Shown: positions 34,360-47,386, numbered from the stretch's first letter. The stretch is 64,000 bases of DNA from Mycoplasmataceae bacterium (GCA_020024755.1 JAHHTH010000004.1:128024-192023), one strand, 5' to 3'. A program made the numbers and translations. The notes: a model not told the origin generated them from the letters alone.

Positions 34360-35408
34360 TATTTTTTTTCCTCTCAAATGAATTTAGAATGCACTATTAA
34401 ATCATCTGCTTCAAAGTCTTGTTCTGCTACTTTGCCCAATAGCTTTTCTCATTCTCATGCACTAATACCATTTCCTGGTCTTTTAGTTGTAATATTCTTT
34501 TCAGAAAAGATGTCACCTTTCTTAATGTTCTTTTTGGCAACAATTGATCTTCTTGCTATAAACTTATTCTTTAATTCAGAATTAGTAACATATTTATTTT
34601 CTGAGCCTAGAGATAATTCCGCTGCATGAACACCTTCTACTAAATTCTTAAATTCTTCTTCATTTAAAGATGCTTTGTGATCTGGGCCTAGAAGATTTCT
34701 ATCAAGAGTAAAATGTTTTTCAATAAATTCTACACCATATGGAATACTCGCTACTGCTGCGTAAATATTTCTAGAATGATCACTAAATCCTATTTTGTTA
34801 TGTTTAAATTCTTTTTTAAATTGTTTTAATACATTTAAGTTGACATCTTCATAAGGAGTAGGATATTCTGTATTACAATGTAATACAGCTATTTGACTAT
34901 CCTTAATTCCATTTGATTTTAATAGTTTTATACATGCTTTAATTTCCTTGATAGAAGACATCCCTGTAGATAATAGAAAATAATTCTTAGGATTATTTAA
35001 TTCTGAAAGTCTTTTGATATATGGATAATTATTAATTTCTCCTGAAGGAATCTTTCAAATTCTTTGCCCAATAGAATTTAAGAAATTAATTGAGTCAATA
35101 TCAAATGGTGTTGCAAATACTTCAATATTTTTATTTTTGCTTTTGACATAATTTCTAAGCATTTTATAATCATCATAACTAAGTTCTAATTTTTTAGTCA
35201 TTTCTAATTGTGATTCTTTTGTTCCGGTAGTTTTCTTTTGATATTCCGCTTTTGGGGCTTTTTTAGATATTAAACTTGAGGATTTAAATACTTGGAACTT
35301 AATTGCATCAACATTATTCTTTACTAATGAATCTACCATTTTTTTAGCTAATTTAATATTACCATTGTGATTGCAACCAATTTCACCTATTATCATTACT
35401 TTGCTCAT
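34359..35408 (-). CDS. neuB: N-acetylneuraminate (sialic acid) synthase, NeuB-like
   Basis: Track ORFs 35055-35408 and 34455-34961 are in one frame, joined and extended through TGAs to TAA 34359. N-terminus IIGEIGCNHNGN. C-terminal SAF domain (KKGDIFSEKNITTKRPGNGIS). Confidence 0.92.
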
Positions 35409-35418
35409 ATAAAACTCC

Positions 35419-36051
35419 TTATTTGTTCTTTTTTAAGAATTTAGCTGGATTACCAACTACCACATCGTTGTCTTTTACATTCTTTCTTACTACTGAACCT
35501 GCACCGGTAATAGAATTCTTACCAATATTTAATTGTCCAAACACAATACTTCCTGATCCAACTCAAACATTATCTTCAATATTTACATCACCATTAATAA
35601 TTGCACCCGGTGATATATTACAATGATTTGCTATATGTGAACCGTGGTCAATAATTGAACCTGTGTTAATTATGTTATTATCACCTATTGTAATATTTGA
35701 TGTAATTGTTACATTAGATCCAATAAAATTACCAGAACCTAATTTAACATCTTTTGCAATGATTGCTGTTTTATCTATTATGTTGACAGTCTTTAAATTA
35801 TATTTTTGTATTTTTTGAAATCATTCTTTTCTTATTTCATTGTTTCCAACAGCGACAATAAAGTAATACTTTTTTAATATATTTACATTTTTGTCTGAAA
35901 TATCATTTGCAATAATTTTAGATATAGAAGAAATTTCTTTATATTTGTCTATACAACCTATAAATTTATACTTTAATTTTGAATATTTATTTATACTTGA
36001 GATCACAGAGTTCGCATGCCCACCAGACCCAATTAACACTATTTTTCTCAT
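35419..36051 (-). CDS. neuD: Hexapeptide-repeat acetyltransferase, NeuD-like
   Basis: Track ORF 35821-36051 extends through TGAs to TAA 35419. N-terminus KIVLIGSGGHA, then left-handed beta-helix repeats (IGDNNIINTGSIIDHGSHIANHCNISPGAIINGDVNIEDNVWVGSGS). Confidence 0.8.
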
Positions 36052-36143
36052 AACATTATTATAGCATCTATAGATAATTATAATATTTATATATTATAAT
36101 AAAACACATACATGTTAATCATTTTGTGTGGTATTATCTAATT

Positions 36144-36869
36144 ATGAAAAACTTAAATATTGTAATCCCTGCAGGAGGGGAAGGAAAAAGATTTAAAGAA
36201 GGCGGATATAATAATTTGAAGCCTTTTATAACTATTAATGGAAAAACAATGATTGAACATGTTATTGATGGCTTTGTGTCAAAAAAATATAACGTTAAGA
36301 TTTATATTATCATGCAAGAAATACATATGCACGAATATAATGCATTAATTAAAAATATTTGTGATAAACATTCTAATGTTACATTTTTACCGTTGGTTTC
36401 AAAAACAGAAGGAACTGTATGCACAATTTTAAATTGATGTCAAATTTTCAACAATGATGATATGGTATTATCTGCTAATTGTGATCAGCTTGCTGATATA
36501 ACACTAGATGAATATATCGATCAATCAGTAGATTTTGATGGATCTCTATTAGTGTTTGGAGGAGAAAAATCTCCTAATTGATCATATGTAAAAATTGAAA
36601 ATGATTTAATTATAGAAGTCGTTGATAAAAATCCAATTACTGATGTAGCACTGATTGGATGATATTTTTGAAAAAAAGGGAGTGATATGATTAACTCATT
36701 TATATGGTTATTAATGAATAATATAAGAACAAAAAATGAATTTATGCAAAACATTCCGTATAATTTCATCATTTCCCAAAATAAAAAAGTAAAACCAATT
36801 TTCATAGATAGAAGTAAAGTTCATGGTTTAGGAACACCTATGGAATTGACTAAATACCTAAATAAATAA
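36144..36869 (+). CDS. Sugar-phosphate nucleotidyltransferase (specificity unknown)
   Basis: ATG 36144. Starts NIVIPAGGEGKRF. Track ORFs 36126-36437 and 36687-36869 are in one frame, joined through TGAs. Confidence 0.65.
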
Positions 36870-36980
36870 GGTTATGCTTTTTTTCTATGTAGTGCTAATA
36901 TTTTCAGATGTTCTTATTTGATAATTAAGTTTTTATATTTTTGCCAAAAAATAAAAGAAGTAATTTATAATTTAACCAAT

Positions 36981-38000
36981 ATGTTTATTGGAATTATTTC
37001 GTATGGAGATGTTGATAAAGCAATAGAACAATTTAAGAGAATTTACTCTCCTGACAACTTTTATATGATTCACTACAATAAACGTGATAAAAAAGCCAAA
37101 AAGAATGATTTTTTGCGATTAAAAAATTATTATTCAAAATTTAAGAATGTTATATTTTACTCAAAGCATAAGGTATTTTGAGGCACTAGAACAATTGTTG
37201 GAGTGCAACTGGAAATAATGAAATATTTTTTGAAGCATAGAAATGAACAGTATTTGTTGATAGTTGATGCAAAAACTTCAAATATTATAAATATCAAAGA
37301 AATAGAAAAAATTATTAATAAAAATGGGCCTAATAAAAATTATTATAATTTTTCTGGGTCTGTATATAAAGAAACATTTCCAACCCTTTATGAAGTTAAA
37401 AATAATTATGGTGAATGTTTTTACAATAAGAGATGATATAAGAATACATACCCTACTAATACATCACACTTCAAATTACATTTACGCTTAATTTGTATAT
37501 GGGAAATCTTGACTGATAAAATAGTTTTCAAAAACTTTTTAAAAAGATCTGCACCTGATTTTAAAGAGTGATTTCTTTCTGAATATCATTCATGAAGAGT
37601 TGAACCAATGTATTGGGATTTAATTGCTTCAAACAAGAAAAGAAATATGCCAAAATTCTTGCATGAATGAAAAATCATATATAATTCATTAATGTCCTTG
37701 TTTACAGTTTTAAATAGGGAACAACTTTCAATAATGTTTTCGCACAAGAAGGAACTTAAAAAAATTTTTAGATATTCTAAAGGGATATTGGGACCAGAAG
37801 AGTTTATATTTGCAACTTTGTTTTATAACCTAGTTGATAATGATGAATCAAATTCGTTAAATCTATTATCATATTTTGATATTAGTGATAATGATTCTAT
37901 TAATAAATTAAAAAAACTTAGAAAGAATAATAAAACAATTTTATTCAATAGAAGAATTGATAATTACAAAATTTTTAACAAAGAGTTCCCAATTGTTTAG
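36981..38000 (+). CDS. Putative glycosyltransferase (GT14 / core-2 branching-enzyme-like)
   Basis: Three track ORFs (36918, 37203, 37692) are in one frame, and I checked codon by codon that the gaps are open. The weak family call rests on IISYGD...YMIHYNKRDKK and KVFWGTRTIVGVQLE. Confidence 0.45.
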
Positions 38001-38236
38001 TGTTGTATAAACTTTTTTGAATAAATAATTTTATGTTTACTGATAAATAGTGGTTATATTTGTCTTTCCTAATAAAATTTGAGGTAAAAAGTTTTTGCAA
38101 TGATTATTAATTCATTAAAAGGATAAACAATTTATTCATAATTTAAATTATTGTACATCTCATGAAAATGTAAAAATCAACTTTTTATATATTTAAAAGA
38201 AACATTAACATAGAATAAACATATAATATATGTATT

Positions 38237-39187
38237 ATGATTAACTATATTATATTTGGAGCTAATGGTTTTGTAGGTAGAAATTTTATTTTGAAAAATA
38301 AACAAGATTTTATTTTCGCAATAATTTCTGATCATAATTCTAAAGATAGCTTAAATTCTTTTTTGAATGAAAATAAAATCCAAAGAGTAGAAATTTTAAC
38401 ATTTGATGAAGTGCTAAGTGACTATAAAAAATTTGGAAAACTTGAAAATAAAATTATATTGAATTTAGCTTGAAAAGCTACCTCAGGAGATGCTAGAAGG
38501 GATTGAAATTTACAATTTGAAAATGTAATTACACAAAGGAAAATATTAAATTTTTGTAAAAATATAGGTTGTCAAAAATATGTTGGATTTGGTTCAATTG
38601 CTGAAAAACAAATTTATAGAAGTCTTATGAACAATGAAACTGTAAATTTTAATAGTTATTATGCTTTGGCTAAATATTGTTCACATTTTGAAGCGACTTC
38701 ATTTTGTTCAGAAAATAAAATTAAACTACTTTGATTGCAAATTACTAATACTTTTGGAACATTTGAAAATTCAGCTCGTTTGATTAACACAATTTTAAGA
38801 AAAATTATTACATCACAAGAAAATCATGAAGTACTAGAATTTAATTTTTCGTCTGGACAACAACTTTATGATTTTGTGCATATAGATGATTGCATAGGAC
38901 TTGCATATAAATTTATAGAAACATGGCAACTGGATAACGAAGTACATTTATTGACTAGTAATGCTCCAAGAAAATTCAAGGATTATATCAATGATATTTT
39001 TAAGTTCATAAAATGCGAGAACAAAATAAATTTTAATGAGTCTAATAAAGTTGATATGTTTATGACTAAAGAGGACTACATAGATGATAAAATTAATAAT
39101 ATTAGCTTTTACAAATATAGATGAACATTTAAAGATGCAATAATTGATACATATATGCATATTAAGAAAGAAAAAGGAGAAAAATAA
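38237..39187 (+). CDS. NAD(P)-dependent SDR-family sugar epimerase/reductase
   Basis: Rossmann motif IIFGANGFVGRN and catalytic YxxxK (YALAK). Track ORFs 38237-38473 and 38735-39124 joined through TGAs. The stop overlaps the next ATG. Confidence 0.7.
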
Positions 39188-39954
39188 TGAAAGTTGTAAT
39201 TTTAGCTGGTGGATTTGGCACTAGAATTAGTGAAGAATCAGAATTAAAACCTAAACCAATGATTGAAATTGGAGGAAAACCAATCCTCCTTCATATTATG
39301 GAACATTATTCAAAATATGGGTTTAATGAATTTATCATTTGTGCTGGTTATAAACAATATTTTATCAAGGAATATTTTTCAAACTTTTTTTTGCACAACA
39401 CAGATGTAACTTTCGATCTAGCTAATAACGGTAAAACTATTTATCATGAATCTCATTGTAAGAATTGAAAGATCACAGTTGTTGATACTGGGCTAGAAAC
39501 TCAAACTGCAGGCAGAATTAAAAGGGTCGAAAAATATATTGATGGTGATGAATTTTTATTAACTTATGGTGATGGACTTTCTAATGTTGATTTAGGTAAA
39601 TTAATTAAATCTTACAGTAAAGACAAATTGGTTACTCTTACAACAATTCAACCAGGTGGTAAATTTGGTGTAATTGATATTGATGGTGATTCTAATGTAA
39701 AAGCTTTTAATGAAAAAACTAAAAATGATGGTGGATGAATTAATGCTGGATTTATGATTGTAAATAAAAAAGCATTATCATACATCAAGGATGACTCTGA
39801 ATCATTTGAATTTAATATTTTACCGATTTTAGCAAAAGAAGGAAAAGTATCTTGCTATAAACATGACGGTTTCTGAAAATGCATGGATACATTAAAAGAT
39901 AAAAATGAATTTGAAGAATTGTGAAAGAAGGGCAATGCACCATGAATAAAATAG
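39187..39954 (+). CDS. rfbF: Glucose-1-phosphate cytidylyltransferase
   Basis: MKVVILAGGFGTRISEES.LKPKPMIEIGGKPIL.HIM..Y...G..EFIICAGYK and a ...GFWKCMDTLKDK tail, typical of RfbF/DdhA. Frame joined through TGAs to TAG 39952. Confidence 0.9.
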
Positions 39955-41000
39955 AACTTGAAAAGTTTTATAATGGTAAAAAAATTTTTATAACTGGGTG
40001 TACAGGCTTCAAAGGTTCATGACTTTGTAGCATATTACACAAATTTGGTGCCAAAATCGTAGGATATTCTTTAGATGTTGAACACAATAGTCTATTCTAC
40101 AAATTGCATTTAAACAAAAAAATTAGATATGTAGAAGGGGATATTAGAGATCTTAAAAAAATGTCTAATGTAGTAAAAGAATGTAATCCAGATATTGTGT
40201 TTCATTTAGCTGCCCAACCATTAGTAATAGACTCTTACAAGGATCCTGTGTACACTTATGATGTAAATGTAATGGGTACAGTTAATATTTGTGAATCTCT
40301 AAGACAATTAAATAAGAAAGTTTCGTTTATAAATGTAACAACAGATAAAGTTTATAAGAATATTGAAAAAGATTATTTATACAATGAAGATGATAATTTA
40401 AATGGATATGATCCATATTCTAATTCTAAGTCATGCTCTGAACTAGTTACATCTTCTTACATTAATTCATTCTTTTATAAAACTGATATTATTACTTCGA
40501 CTTGTAGAGCTGGTAATGTAATTGGTGGTGGTGATTTTGCTGCTAATAGAATTGTTCCTGACACTATTAACTCAATTATCAAAAACGAAAATATAACCTT
40601 AAGATGTCCAAACTCTATTAGACCTTATCAGCATGTACTAGAACCTGTTTTTGCTTATGTTGATTTGGCTATGAAGCAATATAATGATAAGAGTGTTGCA
40701 AGTTCATATAATATTGGACCATCTAAACAAGATTGCATTAGAACTATTGACATTGCTACTAAGATTATTGAAAATTGAGATTCTAATATCTCAATTAATT
40801 ATACAGATGCAATATATCATGAGGCAGGTTTATTAATGTTAGACAACTCTAAGATATCTAGGTCTATTGAGTGAAAACAAACATGAAGTATAGATGAAGC
40901 CATCAAACACACAACAGAATTTTACAAAAGGACTTATAATGGCGAAAATTTTGAAGATGTGATTAATGAGCAAATTAATTTATTCTTAGGAGAAAAATAA
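39942..41000 (+). CDS. rfbG: CDP-glucose 4,6-dehydratase
   Basis: KIFITGCTGFKGSWL (TGA=Trp), YSNSKSC (YxxxK), RAGNVIGGGD, IRPYQHVLEP. Contains track ORF 40104-40778. Confidence 0.88.
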
Positions 41001-41557
41001 TGAAATTTGAACTTGTAAAAACTAAATTTAAGGATGCTTATTTAATTAAATATTTTAGAGCTAATGATAATAGAGGGGCATTGATTAAAGATTTTAACTC
41101 TATCGAATTTGAACAATTATTGGGATATAAGTTTAATCTAGTTGAAAATTTTTACACTATATCTAAGAAAGGAGTAATTCGAGCTATTCACTTTCAAGAT
41201 ATAAAACCCCAAAATAAAATAATTAGAGTTGTTAAAGGCAAAATCTATGACGTTATAGTAGATCTTAGACCTGACTCTGAAACTTTTATGGAATGAGAAG
41301 GTTGATACTTATCTGAAAATGAGAATATTGAGTTATATGTTCCAAAAGGATTTGGACATGGTTACTTAGTAATTGAAGATTCTATTGTTTCTTATAAAAC
41401 AGATGAAAACTTCTATGCACAATATGATACTGGAATTAGTTGAAATGATACTGACTTAAATATAAAATGGCCTCTTGACCAAGTTGAGAATGAAGTTATT
41501 ATTTCTGACAAAGATAAGAGTTTACAATCTTTCAAAACATGAAAATTACAACAATAA
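41000..41557 (+). CDS. RmlC-like cupin sugar-nucleotide 3,5- (or 3- / 5-) epimerase
   Basis: DNRGALIKDF, RAIHFQ, K.IRVVKGKIYDVIVDLR, GFGHGY. Translationally coupled (TAATG) to rfbG. Confidence 0.85.
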
Positions 41558-41795
41558 CTTTTTATTATTTAAATCAATTGTTTATTTTTCAAATTACATA
41601 TATTCATAAACTGCACTTTTGTATTAAGTAATATTAAAGATCTTTTAAATTAAGTTATATATAAATAGATATAACAATTATACTTAATATTATGGTTAAT
41701 ATTATGTAAATATTAGTAAAATATATTAGTAACTATAATTAGTTTTAATTGCTGCTGTTATCAAATGTAATTTAAGGAAATAAGGAAGGTTAATT

Positions 41796-42977
41796 ATGAA
41801 AAAATTAAATTGTCTAGTAATAACAAATTACAATTATGAATTTTGTGGTGGAGTTGAAAACTTTAATAGAATGTTATATCGTTCATTTCCAAATATTAAT
41901 TTTTTTGAATTTCCAATATTTACAAAAGAGGTATATTGCGATATTGAATTTAAAAATTTAACAAAAGTTGAAATATCACAAAATATACCATGATTGTTAG
42001 ATTACGATAATTGACCTAAAAAAATTTTTGGAAGTCGCGCATTACTAATTTTTAAAAGATTGTGAGCTCTGAAGAAATGTTCAAATCAAACAGGAAAAAA
42101 ATTAGAAAAAATAATTAAGAACAACAATATTGATATAATTCTTTTATCTGGTACATCGTTTTTTTGCAAAAAATTCTTTAAAAAATATAATAGAAAAATA
42201 TATTTTATTCAACATGATCATATTTGCACAATAAATACAAATTATTATTATGATAATGCTAAAAAATTATTTATACACTATAAGAAAAATTTTAAACAAA
42301 AAATTGCTCATAGATATTATTCATATGATTTTCCAAATATTATAAATAATTTTATTTGTAATGATAATGAGTCTCTAAAATTATTCTTAGAATGATATCC
42401 AAATAAAAATGTTTATTGTGCGCCATTAGCTTCAAAGTTTGAACCAGAATATACTACAACAGCAACTAAAAAGTATGATTTTATATCGCCTATAAGAAAT
42501 GCTGAGAAAAAGAATCCAGATAAAGTTTGAACTATTTTCAAATGTTTAGATAGAAAAGGTTTAATTATAGGTGATGAACACGGAAATTCAAGTTGAGGTA
42601 ACATTGAAAAGAAAGAAGCAATAAGTGATATTAATGAAGTGAAACAAATGTATAGTAAATCGAAATTTATGTTTTTAGCTTCTGATTATGAAGGTTTTTC
42701 ACTAGCAGCTTGTGAAGCGTTATCATTAGGATTGCCTTGCATCTTGCCTAACACATTCCCTACAGCTAAATATCATGTTGGTGAAAATAATGAAAGAGGT
42801 TTTGTGTATGACTTCTATGATACAACTGAAAATATAGTAAGAAGCATTGATGATTACATTAAAACAGTTAATTATGCTAAGGTTTCAAAAAAATGTGTAG
42901 AATTTGCAAAACAAAACTTTACAACTGAGATATTCAAAAAAAATTGGTCAAAAATTTTCAATGAAGCATGTAAGTAA
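41796..42977 (+). CDS. Glycosyltransferase family 4-like (GT-B)
   Basis: Track ORFs 41796-41993 and 42639-42977 are in one frame, and I checked that the gap is open. EX7E-type motif YEGFSLAACEALSLGLP. Paralogue of 47387-48523. Confidence 0.75.
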
Positions 42978-43015
42978 CTATTTTGTTGATTATTTATAAA
43001 GTGGAGGAAAAGTGA

Positions 43016-44044
43016 ATGAAACAAAGAATAAAGAACAAATATACTATTGGTATATCAGCATATAATACTGATATTAGTTTATTGAAAAAATGTATCGAAA
43101 GTGTTAGAAAACAAACATATCAAAATTATGAATTAGTTATTGTTGACAATAATTCAGATGATCAAGAATTGAAAAAATTTTATAAAAATTTGAAATTGAA
43201 AGACAATGAAAAAATCGTATATTTACCTAAAAATATTGGAATATATGGATCTAGAAATACTGTTATAGATAATTCGGAAGGTGATAGAATAGTTTTTTTA
43301 GATTCAGATGATTATATTTCTCCTAACTTCTTGCAAACTGTAGAAGAAAAAATGATTGATTGCAATGTATTACATTTTAATTATTATAAAATTGAAAAAA
43401 ATAATATAATAGCCAACGATTTCTTTTTTGAATATGGTGAACATTTTTTATATTCTACTACAACATGATCATTTGTGGTTGAGAGAGATTTTTTAATAAG
43501 AAATAATATTAAATTTTTTAAAATTGATCAAAATGAAGATGAATGCTTCTTGATGCTAATGTTAATTGAACCTAATTTAAAATTCAAATCAATAAGTGAT
43601 AAGTTATATTTTTATAATAAGTCTAACGAAAATGCACTTTCTAAAAAGTTTAACCCAATCAATTTGCTAAAAGCTATGAATCAAATTATTAAGCATGTAT
43701 TAGATGTCATGCATTCTAAAAAAATTAAGAAAATTCCAAATATTTTTTTCTATCATTTTTATAGATATATTTCTGTTTTTCCAATATGAAAGATAAGAGA
43801 TGGAGTACCATATAAATTATTTAGAAAGAATATAAAATATTTTAGAAGAATGAATAAAAAAGTATTTAGTATTAAAAATACAGAATTAGGATTAATTAAT
43901 ACTTTAGCAAGAAAATATTACTTATATTTTCCTAGATTAATATATAAAAAATATAAACCTAAAAATGATGTGAAGTCATTGTTATTAAATATTCAATCGA
44001 AACTAGACAATTTAATTGTTAAGGTTGATTCTATTTCGAAATAA
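43016..44044 (+). CDS. Glycosyltransferase family 2
   Basis: Three track ORFs in one frame. ISAYNTD...LKKCIESVRKQTYQNYELVIVDNNS and the DxD motif FLDSDD. Confidence 0.8.
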
Positions 44045-44274
44045 TAATACCAATTTTTATATTTATTTTTTTAGAATATTTATCATTTGATGAATTTAAA
44101 TAGCTACAATAATTTTTAAAATTACAGCAGATTAGATTTATAAACATAACAAAAATAAATAAAGTTAAGAATCATTTCAATTGCTGCTATTATCAGTAAA
44201 AGTTGAAATATTAGATTGTTAACTAGAAATGATATATTACGACATTTGAAGGATGTATAATAATTAGGAGTTCA

Positions 44275-45369
44275 ATGATGAAAAAAATTTTGATAATTAG
44301 TGAAACCAGTGAAGAAATAATCAATTCTCGTGTTGGCGGTATAGAAGTATATATTTACAATTTAAGAAAAGCATTAGAAAGCGACTATAATATTGAGATA
44401 ATTTCGTATGAAGAACTTTACAAAAAATTTGAACTTAAGTATAAAAAAGAAAATTCCTGTGAAAAAGTTATTAAATTAATTAAATGCCAATATACATGCC
44501 CATACTTAGATAATTTTGATCTAATCATCAATTCATCTTATGGAAAAGTACCAGAAAAATATCTTAATAAAACCTTATTTGTTATACATAATGATTTATC
44601 TACTTCTCACTATCAAAAACATAATATTCTTTATTATAATGATGAATATAAATCTTCAAGCAAAATTAAAAAATTCATTTTTAACATTTTAGAGAAATCA
44701 TTATATAAAAAAACTTTTTTATATCACCCAAAAGTTGTAACATTCAACAAATTTCATATATCACATGGTTTAAAACGTAAACAAACCATTTTTGGTTTAG
44801 TACCATTAGATAATAATATGAGTTTTGATTATAATGATTTTAAATCTAAGAAAAACGAATGTCTTTATATAGGAAGGTTGAATGATGAACAAAAAAACAT
44901 GAAGTTATTAGATGAGATTGCTAAAAAAGTTAGTTCTATTATAAATGTTGTAGGGGATGGACCTGATAAATTTTTATTAGATTCAGATAACTTTCACTTC
45001 TATGGATGAGTTGGTCAATCGGACTTTGCAAAATTAGGTATAAAAGATAGCAAAGTTGCATTATTTACATCAAATTATGAAGGATGTTGTATTTCAATGC
45101 ATGAAGTTATTAATTTAGGAATTATTCCAATTACTACATTCTCATCTCCTGAGGTAAATGTTTTAATTCCTAAACACCTTAAAAAATTATTAATTATAAA
45201 AGGGAAGAATAAAGCAACTAAATTTAAAAAATCAATAGAATTTATTTTATCACTATCTGAAAATGAATATAATAGTCTACGCTCTCAGATTAATGAAAAT
45301 TACAAAAAAACATATGGTCGCTCATTCTCAGATAATTGAAAAGAGATTGTTAAAAAAGAATTTGAGTAA
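44275..45369 (+). CDS. Glycosyltransferase (GT4-like, divergent)
   Basis: Track ORFs 44275-45009 and 45097-45339 are in one frame. KILIISE...VGGIEVY N-terminus and YEGCCISMHEVINLGIIP. Confidence 0.6.
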
Positions 45370-45589
45370 TTTAAAGTTTTATAATAATTTATAAATCTCT
45401 AAGTTCTTTAATAAGCTTCCCTATTTTGTCGATGATGTATTGAACTTAAATAAGTTATGATAATTCATTAAATAATATAATAAGTTAACATAATTTATCT
45501 GAAGTTTAAAGGGTAAATAGTTGAAACTCAATTTATTTTGTTTTGCATTTGTTAATATACATATCAAATATTGTATAATCTTATATATT

Positions 45590-46456
45590 ATGAAATTTAA
45601 TCAATTTAAAAGCAATCTCAGAATAGTTTTAAAATTTAGCATGGTAGACATTAAGAGAAGGTTTAAAACATCCATTTTCTCTTGGTTATGATTAATTGTT
45701 GGCCCAGCTCTTTGCATTTTTACATATTGATTTGGTCTAGGTTCTATTAGCGGTGATCAAGTAGATACAGTTCAGTACTTTATGCCAGATGGTATACGTG
45801 AATATAGATGAATAGTATGAATGCTTATTGGGACATTTACATGACAATACTGTGGAGATATGTTAGTTAGTGGCCCTTTTGCATGTTTGAGTTATTCATG
45901 AATGCCTAAAAGTTTTGGTTTATCTCCAAGTGTTCCACCATTTATAATTAATTTAAGTAGAATAATTACTGGTATTCCATGAATTGTACTTGCTTGAATT
46001 GTTGCTATAGTAGTTAATCTTAATGATCCTTCTTCATTTAACTCAGATGTGAATTTATATTCACTAGAAGTGCCTGTTGTTATAATACTATCAATTATTG
46101 CAATGAATATTTATTCATATGCACTTTCTCCATTAGCTTCAATATCTAAAGATTTTAGAGGGATAATTGGTATGATTCCAGGTTTGCTTACATGAATTAC
46201 TAGTGTTTTTATCCTTCCTAACGCTTTCATAAACTTACCACATGATGCAAGATATATTCTACTTCAAATTAACCCATTCAACTTTATAGTAAATGGGATG
46301 AGATCCACTATGTTAGGATATAGTGAATTATTTACTCCTAATCCATATATGACTTGATACTCAATTATGTCATTCTTTTTATGTTTTGCTATACTATTAG
46401 GAATTGGTTATTTCTTAAATAAAACTTCTAGAAAGTTTATTATTGATATTATTTAG
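45590..46456 (+). CDS. ABC-2 type polysaccharide/teichoic-acid exporter permease (Wzm/TagG-like)
   Basis: 288-aa frame with many TGA=Trp and six hydrophobic segments. N-terminus DIKRRFKTSIFSWLWLIVGP. Lies directly upstream of the cognate ATPase. TATAAT at 45573. Confidence 0.75.
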
Positions 46457-46464
46457 AGGTTCAT

Positions 46465-47211
46465 ATGAAAAGTAAAATGATGCATAACAATAAAATTGAT
46501 ATTGAGTTTGATAAGGTTTGTAAAAACTATTTCCTTTGTAAGAATGATTGAGAAAGATTAAAAACACTATTATTTTCTTGAGAACGTAAAAAAAGAATTA
46601 GACATACATTAGATAATATTTCATTCAAAATCCACCAAGGCGAAAAGGTTGCTATAGTTGGTAAGAATGGTGCTGGAAAATCAACAATATTAAAAGTAAT
46701 GGCTGGTATTACTATACCTAGTAGTGGAAAAGTATTAATTAAGAGAAAGTTATCTACATTATTAAATGTAGGTGCAGGATTTGAACCTGAATTTACTGGT
46801 AGAGAAAATGTATATATTAGAGGAACGCTATTAGGATTCTCAAAAAAAGAAATTGATAAGGCTCTTGATGATATTGTGGAATTTTCTGAAGTCGGTGAAT
46901 ACTTTGATATGGAAATGAAAAGATTTAGTTCTGGTATGTCTTCTAAATTGGGATTTGCTATCAATTTATTCTTAAATCCAGAAATTTTACTTGTAGATGA
47001 AGCGTTATCAGTTGGTGATGCTAAGTTCAATGCAAAGGCAAAAAAAGCAATCAATGACTTGTCTAAAAAAGAAAACTTAACATTAATAATGGTTAGTCAC
47101 AATGAAGAAACATTAAAAGGTTTATGTGATAGAGGAATATATATTAAAGATCATAAAGTTGCATTTGATGGTCCTATTAAAAAATGTTTAGAAATCTATG
47201 CAAAAGATTAG
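46465..47211 (+). CDS. ABC exporter ATP-binding protein (Wzt/TagH-like, short form)
   Basis: Walker A GKNGAGKST, signature FSSGMSSKL, Walker B LLVDEALSVGD, H-loop MVSHN. Contains track ORF 46699-47211. Confidence 0.9.
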
Positions 47212-47217
47212 GTGATC

Positions 47218-47310
47218 ATGAGATTTTCTATTCCCATTTATAAATATCCTAGTATATTAACTTGTGAAAAATCAAGACCAATTAAATTGAAAAACTTTAC
47301 CAATTTTTAG
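47218..47310 (+). pseudogene. Truncated N-terminal remnant of a GT2 glycosyltransferase
   Basis: 30-codon ORF MRFSIPIYKYPSILTCEKS... resembles GT2 N-termini (compare MRFFDIIIPSYNSDKLLTRCIES at 48556) and then stops. Confidence 0.35.
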
Positions 47311-47386
47311 ATTGTTAAATAATAAGTATATTAGTTATTAAATCATATAGAATGTTTTGCTGTCGATAAATGATATAATCACATAT

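Noticed and set aside
46527-47054. 175-aa minus-strand ORF.
   Set aside because: Antisense to the ABC transporter ATPase, whose Walker and signature motifs are unambiguous on the plus strand.
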